A stretch of 49,678 nt of DNA from Patescibacteria group bacterium UBA5272 (GTDB taxonomy: Bacteria; Patescibacteriota; Minisyncoccia; Phycocordibacterales; UBA5272): the NCBI GenBank assembly GCA_002408565.1, contig DHTA01000001.1, positions 1 through 49,678 on the forward strand. The letters run 5' to 3'. This document shows positions 27,107 to 35,219 of this stretch, in pieces. Each line of letters starts with the position of its first letter. Positions within the stretch are counted from its first letter, which is position 1. The position numbers and the translations under genes were made by a program. Below the pieces are notes generated by a model. That model was not told the DNA's origin, made no database searches, and worked only from the letters and a program-made list of their open reading frames with translations.

Positions 27107-27586
27107 ATGCAATTTAGGCTTCCTCAATTCTTAGATATTGAAGATAAGGTTTTTGGACCTTTCACCTTTAAACAATTTGCTTATTTGATTGGAGCCTTAG
27201 CTTTTGGTTATCTTTTTTGGAGAATTATTCCTGCAAAAATTATTGCTGTACCTCTTATTTTTATCTTCTCAGGCACTTTTTTAGCCTTAGCTTTTGTAAA
27301 AGTTAATCATAGACCTTTTGCAGATATCTTAGAATCTGCATATAAATTTTTAATAGGAAATAAAACTTATGTTTGGCATCAGGAACAAAAAATTGAAAAA
27401 GAGGAGCCTAAAAAAGATTTACGAGCTTTAGACATACTAAAAAAGAAACAAATCAAAGAAGAAGAAATTAGCTCTTTTGAAAAAATCAAAGAGCTTTCAG
27501 GAAAGTTGGATATTTTAGATGAAAAAAAGAAGCACGCCATCAATTTACGTGAAGAATTAATAAAAAGAAATGAAAGAAAAAATTAA
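27107..27586 (+). CDS. PrgI-family (VirB3-like) small membrane protein
   Basis: The N-terminus LPQFLDIEDKVFGPFTFKQFAYLIGA is followed by two TM helices. This is the characteristic PrgI opening motif. The gene lies immediately upstream of VirB4. Confidence 0.75.
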   Translation: MQFRLPQFLDIEDKVFGPFTFKQFAYLIGALAFGYLFWRIIPAKIIAVPLIFIFSGTFLALAFVKVNHRPFADILESAYKFLIGNKTYVWHQEQKIEKEEPKKDLRALDILKKKQIKEEEISSFEKIKELSGKLDILDEKKKHAINLREELIKRNERKN

Positions 27587-27615
27587 TAGTCTTTTTCTGA
27601 TGCTATAATAGAAGC

Positions 27616-28203
27616 ATGGCAAAAAATCCTTCTCAAAATTTTGTTCCAATTAAAGAGATTAGAAGTGGAGTGATGATTTTAAACAATGGCAATATGAGGG
27701 CCATTCTTTCGACTACTTCTTTAAACCTTTCTCTTAAAAGTGAAGATGAGCAGATGGGAATTATCATAGCTTTTCAAAGCTTTTTAAACTCTTTAGACTT
27801 TAACGTTCAAATTTTTGTGCAGTCAAAAAAGATAGATATTCGAGATTATATGAAAACTTTAAAGGAGCGAGAAAAAGAAGTGTCGGAAGAGCTTTTAAAA
27901 ATTCAAATAAAAGAATATATATCTTTTATTCAAAAATTCACAGAGGAGCAGAATATTATGACAAAAAGTTTTTATATTGTTATACCTTATGATATTCCAA
28001 CCATTACCGGAAATACAAAAAGAATGACGGATACTGATTTTATTAAAAATGAAAGTCAGTTAATGCAAAGAGTTTCTATTGTAGTTAGTGGCCTGTCTGC
28101 TTTGGGCTTAAGATTAAAACTAATTGACACAGAAGAAATAGTTAGTCTTTTCTACAAGTTATTCAATCCAAACGAATTAGATGCTAATTTAAAAAAGTTT
28201 TAA
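27616..28203 (+). CDS. Protein resembling the N-terminal domain of VirB4/TrsE-type ATPases, encoded separately
   Basis: 195 aa beginning FVPIKEIRSGVMILNNGNMRAILSTTSLNLSLKSEDEQ. It ends 4 nt before the ATPase ORF. The two ORFs together total about 800 aa, the size of single-chain VirB4 proteins. Confidence 0.55.
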   Translation: MAKNPSQNFVPIKEIRSGVMILNNGNMRAILSTTSLNLSLKSEDEQMGIIIAFQSFLNSLDFNVQIFVQSKKIDIRDYMKTLKEREKEVSEELLKIQIKEYISFIQKFTEEQNIMTKSFYIVIPYDIPTITGNTKRMTDTDFIKNESQLMQRVSIVVSGLSALGLRLKLIDTEEIVSLFYKLFNPNELDANLKKF

Positions 28204-28207
28204 AAAT

Positions 28208-30019
28208 ATGGGAATATTAGACATTTTTTCAAATAAAAATAAAACAGATCCAAATGCAGAGCCTTCAAAAGAAGAAATCTACGATCAAGCTAGTGTGGAG
28301 TTAAAAAATTTTATAGCTCCAGCCGGTTTAAAAATCGATGCTCAACAGTTGAATCTTTCAGGAAAACTGGCAAAAAGTTTTTTTGTGATTTCTTATCCAA
28401 GATATTTGGATGATTCTTGGTTGGCACCAATTATTAATCTTGACAAGATTTTTAACGTATCTATTCATATTACTCCTCTTGCTACCGCAGAAATGATGAA
28501 AAAATTTCAAAAAAAAGTGGTGGAAATAGAAAGTCAGATTTATGTCAAACAAGAAAAAGGGGAAGTTCGTGACCCAAAACTGGAAACCGCTCTTCGAGAT
28601 TTGGAAGATTTAAGAGATTCTCTTCAACAATCTAGCGAAAAAATGTTTGAAGTTGGTCTTTATATTACGATTTTTGGTGACACTGATGATGAACTTAAAA
28701 AAGCAGAAACTGAAATTAAAAATATTTTAGAAAGTAAATTAATTTATTTAAGGCCTGCTCTCTTTCAGCAAGCAGAGGCTTTAAAAACTACTATGCCATT
28801 TTGTTTGGACGAGATTAAAATTACCAACCAACTCAACACTTCTCCACTCTCTTCTTTCTTTCCATTTCTTTCTTTCGATTTATCAACTAACAATGGTATT
28901 TTGTATGGCTTAAATAGACATAATGGATCTTTAATTTTATTTGATAGATTTTCTTTAGAAAACTACAATAGCATGGTTTTTGCTACCTCTGGTTCTGGTA
29001 AATCTTATTATACAAAACTAGAAATATTACGTACTTTAATGTTTGATACCAATGTCATAATTATTGACCCTGAAAGAGAATATGAATATTTAGCTGAATC
29101 GGTTGGTGGAAGATATTTTAATATTTCTTTAAATTCAGATCATCATATTAATCCTTTTGATATAGCGTATCCTGGAGAAGATGAGTCCGTTGCAGACGTG
29201 CTTAGAAGTAACATTATTCATTTAGTAGGACTTATGCGAGTAATGCTTGGGGGACTCACTCCAGAAGAAGATGCTATTGTTGATAGAGCCTTAACAGAAA
29301 CTTATGCTATTAAAGATATCACTCCAAATACTGATAGTTTAGAAGGATTAGAATTTCCAGTTTTAGGAGACTTTGCAGAAGTTTTATCTGGAATTGAAGG
29401 TTCAGAAAATATTTTACAAAGACTTTCAAAATATACTGAAGGGGTCTGGTCTGGTTTTATTGGACAACCTTCTAATATTGATATTAATAAAAAATTAATT
29501 TGTTTCTCAATTCGTGACATGGAAGATGAGCTAAAGCCTGTAGCAATGTATATTATCACTCATTATATTTGGGGAGAGATAAGGAAAGAGTTAAAGAAAA
29601 GACTTTTAATTATTGATGAGGCTTGGATAATGATGAAAAATGAAGACACCGCGTCTTTTCTTTTTGGTATGGCAAAAAGAGGAAGAAAATACTACTTAGG
29701 CCTCTCGGTAATTTCTCAAGATGTAGGAGATTTTTTACGTTCAGCTTATGGTTTACCTATTATTACCAACTCAAGTATGCTTTTACTTTTAAAACAATCT
29801 CCTTCTAGTATTGATTTGGTACAAAAAACTTTTAATCTCACAGATGAGGAGAAATATTTACTTCTAAGTTCTGGAGTAGGGGAAGGAATATTCTTTGCTG
29901 GTCAAAAACATGTTGCTATAAAAGTCATTTCTTCTTATGTGGAAGATCAAATAGTCACCACTAACCCTGCTCAACTTCTTGAAGCTAAAAAGAAAAAACA
30001 ACAAACTCAAGCTGAATAA
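28208..30019 (+). CDS. virB4: VirB4/TrbE/CagE-family T4SS ATPase (C-terminal ATPase portion)
   Basis: Walker A is FATSGSGKSYY and Walker B is LLIIDEAWIMM. The conserved YYLGLSVISQD and GEGIFFAGQKH regions are present. Confidence 0.9.
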   Translation: MGILDIFSNKNKTDPNAEPSKEEIYDQASVELKNFIAPAGLKIDAQQLNLSGKLAKSFFVISYPRYLDDSWLAPIINLDKIFNVSIHITPLATAEMMKKFQKKVVEIESQIYVKQEKGEVRDPKLETALRDLEDLRDSLQQSSEKMFEVGLYITIFGDTDDELKKAETEIKNILESKLIYLRPALFQQAEALKTTMPFCLDEIKITNQLNTSPLSSFFPFLSFDLSTNNGILYGLNRHNGSLILFDRFSLENYNSMVFATSGSGKSYYTKLEILRTLMFDTNVIIIDPEREYEYLAESVGGRYFNISLNSDHHINPFDIAYPGEDESVADVLRSNIIHLVGLMRVMLGGLTPEEDAIVDRALTETYAIKDITPNTDSLEGLEFPVLGDFAEVLSGIEGSENILQRLSKYTEGVWSGFIGQPSNIDINKKLICFSIRDMEDELKPVAMYIITHYIWGEIRKELKKRLLIIDEAWIMMKNEDTASFLFGMAKRGRKYYLGLSVISQDVGDFLRSAYGLPIITNSSMLLLLKQSPSSIDLVQKTFNLTDEEKYLLLSSGVGEGIFFAGQKHVAIKVISSYVEDQIVTTNPAQLLEAKKKKQQTQAE

Positions 30020-30038
30020 TTTTGTTATAATATATTTA

Positions 30039-30809
30039 ATGAAAAAAAATAAAAAAAAATTATCTTTTTTACTTTTAATGTTTTTCTTTCTTTTTTTCTA
30101 TTTTTTAAACGAAGGAAAGGCACAAACTTATACCATCTCTTCTAAAGTAAATATAGACTGGGAGGTTTTAAATAGTTATACCCCTCCTTTTTATGAAGGA
30201 AAAACTTTAGCAGCAGAGCAAGCTGAGCTTAAAGCTGTTGCAGAAGTCGAAATTTTAACTCCAGCTGGAATTTTAGATCCCAACAAGCTTTTTTATGCTT
30301 GGTCTTATAATGATTTTTATGCTCATAATTATTCTAAAACTGGTGGAAAAATTATTTATTTTACTTTAGATGGTTTAGTGAGCGAAAACGTAATTAATCT
30401 TAAGGTTTATGAAGATAATAGACAAAAAAATCTTTTAGTAGAAAAAACTATTCGAATTCCACCTAGAAAAACTTTGCCTATACTTTATAGAAAAAATTCT
30501 AGCCCTATTATCACTTACTCTAATGCTATAAATAAAAAATATGAAGCTTACAAAGTCTCTCCTGGAGAAGAATTTGAAATTCTGGCTGAACCATACTTTT
30601 TTACAGCTAAATCTGCTGAGGATAGAAATTTAAGTTATACCTGGTCCTTAAACGGTATTCCTGGAAATCTAAACTATTCTAATGTTTTTGATTATAAAGC
30701 TCCCGGCTCGGCTTATAGAGACTTTGGAGTAGAGGTTGTTGTGAATAATAGTTCAAAACTATTACAAAAAAGTGAAACTCTTTTAAATTTTATTTTTAAG
30801 GAAAATTAG
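30039..30809 (+). CDS. Secreted hypothetical protein with an internal duplication
   Basis: Signal peptide (LSFLLLMFFFLFFYFLNEGKAQ). Two related halves are visible (LFYAWSYND... and LSYTWSLNG...). I prefer the ATG at 30039 over 29979, which would overlap virB4. Confidence 0.7.
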   Translation: MKKNKKKLSFLLLMFFFLFFYFLNEGKAQTYTISSKVNIDWEVLNSYTPPFYEGKTLAAEQAELKAVAEVEILTPAGILDPNKLFYAWSYNDFYAHNYSKTGGKIIYFTLDGLVSENVINLKVYEDNRQKNLLVEKTIRIPPRKTLPILYRKNSSPIITYSNAINKKYEAYKVSPGEEFEILAEPYFFTAKSAEDRNLSYTWSLNGIPGNLNYSNVFDYKAPGSAYRDFGVEVVVNNSSKLLQKSETLLNFIFKEN

Positions 30810-30839
30810 TCTGTTTCTTGTGCTAAAATATGTTTATAT

Positions 30840-32291
30840 ATGAAAAAGTTTTTCATTTTTGTCTTTCTAATCTCTGGTTTTTTTTCTTTTTTTAATGTTT
30901 CTGCTCAAGATGTATATTCTAGAGAGACTTATGAATATGTTTCGTCTTTTGACGGAACGGCCACTTCTACCACTTTTGAAAATACAAGCGCTCGTGGTAT
31001 TGCTGTTTCTATAAATTTTATTTTAACCCTAATGGCAGTATCTATTATAGTTTTAATTATTTTTAGAGTGATTCAAGGAGCAGTTATCAAGGGTACTTTA
31101 GATAATATTTATCAACAAACAAAAGGCAGGAGCCTTATTCAAAACGCTGGAATAGCTTTGATTATTTTTATATTTTCCTATGCGATTCTTTCTTTTATTA
31201 ATCCGAGATTAACCGGTTGGACTTTAGCTACTAAATATGCAAATACAGCTTTTAGAGACACCTTTAAGAGTGCAGACATTTGTAATCCAAATGAAAGATA
31301 TTCAAGCACTAATGCTCTCGACATGCTGATGCAAGACGAAGGTAATAAAACAAGTATTTATACTGACACTACTGGGCATCTGAGTATAGGAGTTGGTTTT
31401 AATTTAAACAGAGAAGCTCCCACTGTAGTAAAAAATGATTTAATGAAAGCTGGAATTTCAAATGATGTGGCCGAAAAACTGATTGCTGGAGATAGAGGAG
31501 TCATCATCACTCAAGAACAAGTAAAAAAACTTTTAGAAAATGATTTTGAAAAGCATAAAAAAATGGCTATAGATTTTGCTGGAGGACAAAGTAATTTTAA
31601 TTCTCATCCAGAAAATATTCAAAACGTTTTAATTAATATGACTTTTAATATGGGATCGGGAGGTATTGCTAGTTTTAAAAAAATGCAAGAAGCTTTGAAT
31701 AACAAAGATTATGAAGGTGTAGCAAAAGAAATAGTAGACAGCAAATATTGCAGTCAAGTAGGAGGAAGATGCTCTCGTTTAGCCAATTTAGCAGCTCCCA
31801 ATTATTGTATAGCGTATCAACAACAATTAGCCACAAACAAATCTCTTTTTGGTGGTACGAAAGGATCTTGGCCTGGAGTAAGTATAAATGATACTGTTAT
31901 TATTCATAATATCCGTGTCGGAAAATCTATAGAACCACAAGCTAGAAGACTTTTGGATGCTTTAGTGGCTGCTAACATAAATTTCGAAGGGACAACCAGT
32001 TGGAGAACTTATGAAAAACAGATTGAGCTAAGAAAAACAAATGGTTGTCCTGATATTATTAATTCTCCTTCTAACACTTGTAAAGTTCCTACAGCAAAAC
32101 CAGGAACCTCACGCCATGAAGCTGGTGTTGCTTTTGACTTCCAGTATGAAGGAAAGACTCTTTGCTATTCTAATGCGACCTGTGTAAAAGGTACAAACCC
32201 TTTATACGACTGGTTGATGGCCAACGCAAAAGATTATGGTTTTTATAAAAATAGTAAAGAAGCGTGGCACTGGTCAGTAGACGGAAAGTAA
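30840..32291 (+). CDS. Fusion protein: T4SS-pilin-like N-terminus, GH24 (T4-type) lysozyme, and M15 (VanY-like) peptidase
   Basis: Signal peptide plus two TM helices at residues 1-125. LDMLMQDEGNKTSIYTDTTGHLSIGVGFNL aligns by eye with T4 lysozyme [30 protein letters not shown], and INMTFNMGSGGIASF with INMVFQMGETGVAGF. The C-terminus carries PGTSRHEAGVAFD and EAWHW (M15 zinc ligands). Confidence 0.85.
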   Translation: MKKFFIFVFLISGFFSFFNVSAQDVYSRETYEYVSSFDGTATSTTFENTSARGIAVSINFILTLMAVSIIVLIIFRVIQGAVIKGTLDNIYQQTKGRSLIQNAGIALIIFIFSYAILSFINPRLTGWTLATKYANTAFRDTFKSADICNPNERYSSTNALDMLMQDEGNKTSIYTDTTGHLSIGVGFNLNREAPTVVKNDLMKAGISNDVAEKLIAGDRGVIITQEQVKKLLENDFEKHKKMAIDFAGGQSNFNSHPENIQNVLINMTFNMGSGGIASFKKMQEALNNKDYEGVAKEIVDSKYCSQVGGRCSRLANLAAPNYCIAYQQQLATNKSLFGGTKGSWPGVSINDTVIIHNIRVGKSIEPQARRLLDALVAANINFEGTTSWRTYEKQIELRKTNGCPDIINSPSNTCKVPTAKPGTSRHEAGVAFDFQYEGKTLCYSNATCVKGTNPLYDWLMANAKDYGFYKNSKEAWHWSVDGK

Positions 32292-32300
32292 TATTTATTT

Positions 32301-33716
32301 ATGGAATCAAAAAAAGAATCATTTTTAAAAAAAAATAAAAAAGAAATAATTGTTGTTGTTTTAGCTGTTTTAGCTTTTAGCTTATTGTTTTATTTTTTGT
32401 TTTTCAAAGAAAAACTTCCAAATTCTTCAGAATCTCCAAACCAAACAGGGAAACCGGTTTTCAATTTTGGAAATTTATTTAATTTTTTTACTAGTAATGG
32501 CGATAAAGGAGAAGGCCTTGTAGAAAATCCTGACGATACGAATTTTGTTGATTATTATTTTGAAAGTTTGATAAAGGTTTGGGATAAGCCAGTAGCAGGT
32601 TATGGATTTTATGATAAAGTTTTTACTTATAAATATACCGATTCTGAGGGTATAGAACAAACATCCACTTCAAGTAAAACTATTTTACAGTTTGTAGACG
32701 CTGAAACCGGTTTTATTTATGAAAAAGATTTAATGTCTCCAACTTCCACCCCAGTCCAAGTGACAACTTCATCTTTTCCAAATACTGTACGGGCTTATTT
32801 CATGAATGAAAAGGAAGGAGGTAAAAATAGAGTTTTCTTTCAGTTTTTAGGAGCAAATAATACTATTAAAACAGTAAGTGCTACTATACCAACATATTAT
32901 GGCTCTCCAGCAAAACTAATGAATTCTTTGAATTTTCCAGACAATATTAAAAATATTGTCACCTCTCAAGACAATACCAAATTAGCTTATATTGTTCAAA
33001 AAGAAAAAGAGGTTGGAGGAAAAACTGACACTTATACAGATTGGTATTTAATGGAGGACGCAGAAAATTCTTATGGCAAAAGAGTTTATAGCTCTGAACT
33101 TTCTTCCTGGAAACTAATTCTTTCTAATATTGGCGAGCTTTTTGCTCAAACCACAGACACAGCTTATGAAAATAATAGTCTTTACAAAGTAAAGACTATT
33201 AAGAACACTTTGGGTAGTTTATCTCAAATTTACGGTAACCACAATGGTATGATGTTTTTAATAGAAAATAATAATTTATTGACTTCTATCTTTACAAGCT
33301 CTGGTATAAAACTTTATAAAAATATAACTTTTGATGAAAAAAGTTTTACAGATGCCGATTTAATTCCGATTAATTTTTCTACTTTAGTTAATAAATGTGT
33401 ACAAAGTAACACTTTAAATGAACAGTTAATAATTTGTTCTGTTCCAAAAGAGATTGTTAATTATGATGCTGGATTGCCGGATGCTTGGTATCAAGGAATG
33501 ACAACTTGGGAAGATGATTTATATGTTATGAATGCTGAATATTCAAATGGGCATCTTTTATTCGACATAAGATCAGACGGACAAGTAGAAGATATTATTG
33601 ATGCTAAAAATTTAAATATTAATTCTTATAAATCTCATTTAGGATTCATTAATAAAAACGATGGGTCGCTTTGGACCTTAAATATAGCAAATATTCTTTA
33701 TTTGGGAGGGGATTAA
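32301..33716 (+). CDS. Hypothetical N-terminally anchored protein, last gene of the T4SS-like module
   Basis: 471-aa ORF with one TM helix (IIVVVLAVLAFSLLFYFLFF) and a beta-rich extracytoplasmic domain. Confidence 0.7.
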   Translation: MESKKESFLKKNKKEIIVVVLAVLAFSLLFYFLFFKEKLPNSSESPNQTGKPVFNFGNLFNFFTSNGDKGEGLVENPDDTNFVDYYFESLIKVWDKPVAGYGFYDKVFTYKYTDSEGIEQTSTSSKTILQFVDAETGFIYEKDLMSPTSTPVQVTTSSFPNTVRAYFMNEKEGGKNRVFFQFLGANNTIKTVSATIPTYYGSPAKLMNSLNFPDNIKNIVTSQDNTKLAYIVQKEKEVGGKTDTYTDWYLMEDAENSYGKRVYSSELSSWKLILSNIGELFAQTTDTAYENNSLYKVKTIKNTLGSLSQIYGNHNGMMFLIENNNLLTSIFTSSGIKLYKNITFDEKSFTDADLIPINFSTLVNKCVQSNTLNEQLIICSVPKEIVNYDAGLPDAWYQGMTTWEDDLYVMNAEYSNGHLLFDIRSDGQVEDIIDAKNLNINSYKSHLGFINKNDGSLWTLNIANILYLGGD

Positions 33717-33720
33717 TTAT

Positions 33721-34473
33721 TTACTTTTTATTCTCTTCCTTCTTTACTGATTTTAATTTCTTTTTAATATATATATCTTGAAAAATAGAAAGGATATTAT
33801 TTACTGTCCAATAAACTCCAATAGCTGAAGGAAGTACTGCGGCTGAGACTCCAGAAATCACTGGCAAAAAGTATTTCATTTGCATTTGCATGGTTTTAGC
33901 AAAAACTTCTTGGAAATCTTGAGTTTTAGAATCTCTTTGTTTTTCTTCTTTTTTATTATTAGTCAAACCAAGACTTTGTCTTTTAGAGAGAATAAACATG
34001 GTTATCCCAGTTAAGATTCCAACCCATATGTATTTTTGAGACAAATTCATAAAACCAAAAGCTAAATTTTTAACTGTTCCCGGGAAGGTATTAAAAGAAT
34101 AAATTAAATCTTCTCTAAGAATTACTCCACCATCCCTAAAAACATAAAAGAGAGCAAAAAAAACAGGAATTTGTATCAAAAGAATTAAAAAACTAGAAAA
34201 AGGTTTAATTTTCTTTTCTTTATAAATTTTCATTGTCTCTTCAGCAATTTTTTGTTTATCATCTCCGTATTTCTTTTTAATAGTAGACAATTCTTCTTGG
34301 GCGTCCTTAATTAAATAAGAGCTTTTTTGTGAAGATAAATTTAGTTTTAAAAGTAAAAGTTTAATAAGAATTGTTGTGAGAATTATAGCTACACCGATAT
34401 CATGACTAGGAAAAAGGTTAAGAAAAAAAACGACAATATTATAAACCGGCGCCAAGAAAAATGTATTAAACAT
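33721..34473 (-). CDS. yidC: Membrane protein insertase YidC (short form)
   Basis: GVAIILTTILIKLLLLKL, KKYGDDKQKIAEETMKIYKEKKIKPFSS and LLIQIPVFFALFYVF. It sits in the conserved rpmH-rnpA-yidC context. Confidence 0.9.
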   Translation of the reverse strand: MFNTFFLAPVYNIVVFFLNLFPSHDIGVAIILTTILIKLLLLKLNLSSQKSSYLIKDAQEELSTIKKKYGDDKQKIAEETMKIYKEKKIKPFSSFLILLIQIPVFFALFYVFRDGGVILREDLIYSFNTFPGTVKNLAFGFMNLSQKYIWVGILTGITMFILSKRQSLGLTNNKKEEKQRDSKTQDFQEVFAKTMQMQMKYFLPVISGVSAAVLPSAIGVYWTVNNILSIFQDIYIKKKLKSVKKEENKK

Positions 34474-34478
34474 ATTTA

Positions 34479-34844
34479 TTATTTATTAATTATTTTATTA
34501 AAAGCATTATACAATTCTTTTTCTAAATCGAGAAACTTTAAAGTTTTTAAATCTTTTTTTGGATAAATCAAAACCGCTAATTTTTCTTCTGTTTTTATTT
34601 CTTTTTCTTTTAAATATTTATCCAGTAAACTAAATATTCGTCTTCGAATTTTATTTCTTTCTACCGCTTTTTTAAAGACCTTTCCTGAAAGGATTACAGC
34701 AAAAGAAAAATTTTTTCTTTTATTTGTTTCAAACAAAACATATTTTATATCAAAAAATACACCTCTAATTATCTTAATAGGTGTATTTTTTTTAAAAATA
34801 CTTTTTATCTCTAAAGATGTTAATTTATAAGCTTTCTTTAACAT
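34479..34844 (-). CDS. rnpA: RNase P protein component
   Basis: AVERNKIRRRIFSLL is the RNR motif region. The gene lies between rpmH and yidC. Confidence 0.85.
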   Translation of the reverse strand: MLKKAYKLTSLEIKSIFKKNTPIKIIRGVFFDIKYVLFETNKRKNFSFAVILSGKVFKKAVERNKIRRRIFSLLDKYLKEKEIKTEEKLAVLIYPKKDLKTLKFLDLEKELYNAFNKIINK

Positions 34845-34852
34845 TTAATATG

Positions 34853-35083
34853 TTATTTCTTTTTATTTAACTTTTTGAGAACTTTAGCTTTACTAGACTT
34901 AACAGTCTCCATTCTTTTAACTAAAGATTTTTTCTCATCTGAAACTGAAAGTTTTACCCTTCCTTTCCTTCTTCTGTTTTGTATTATCTTCTTTCCTCCT
35001 TCAGTTTCCATTCTCGAAAGAAAACCGTGAGTTGTGTATCTTTTTTTGTTTTTTGGTTTATAAGTTACTCCGCCTGATGCCAT
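34853..35083 (-). CDS. rpmH: 50S ribosomal protein L34 with a C-terminal extension
   Basis: YKPKNKKRYTTHGFLSRMETEGGKKIIQNRRRKGRVKLSV matches the L34 core. About 27 extra K-rich residues follow. Confidence 0.85.
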   Translation of the reverse strand: MASGGVTYKPKNKKRYTTHGFLSRMETEGGKKIIQNRRRKGRVKLSVSDEKKSLVKRMETVKSSKAKVLKKLNKKK

Positions 35084-35219
35084 AAATTTGTTTAATTAAT
35101 TTTGTATTAATATACAATAAAATTCTCAAAAAAACAAGTATTTTATCCTTTGTTTGTTTATTTTTTCAAACTTTTGTATAATAGAAAAAATCATTCTTAA
35201 TTATACTAATTCTAAACTT

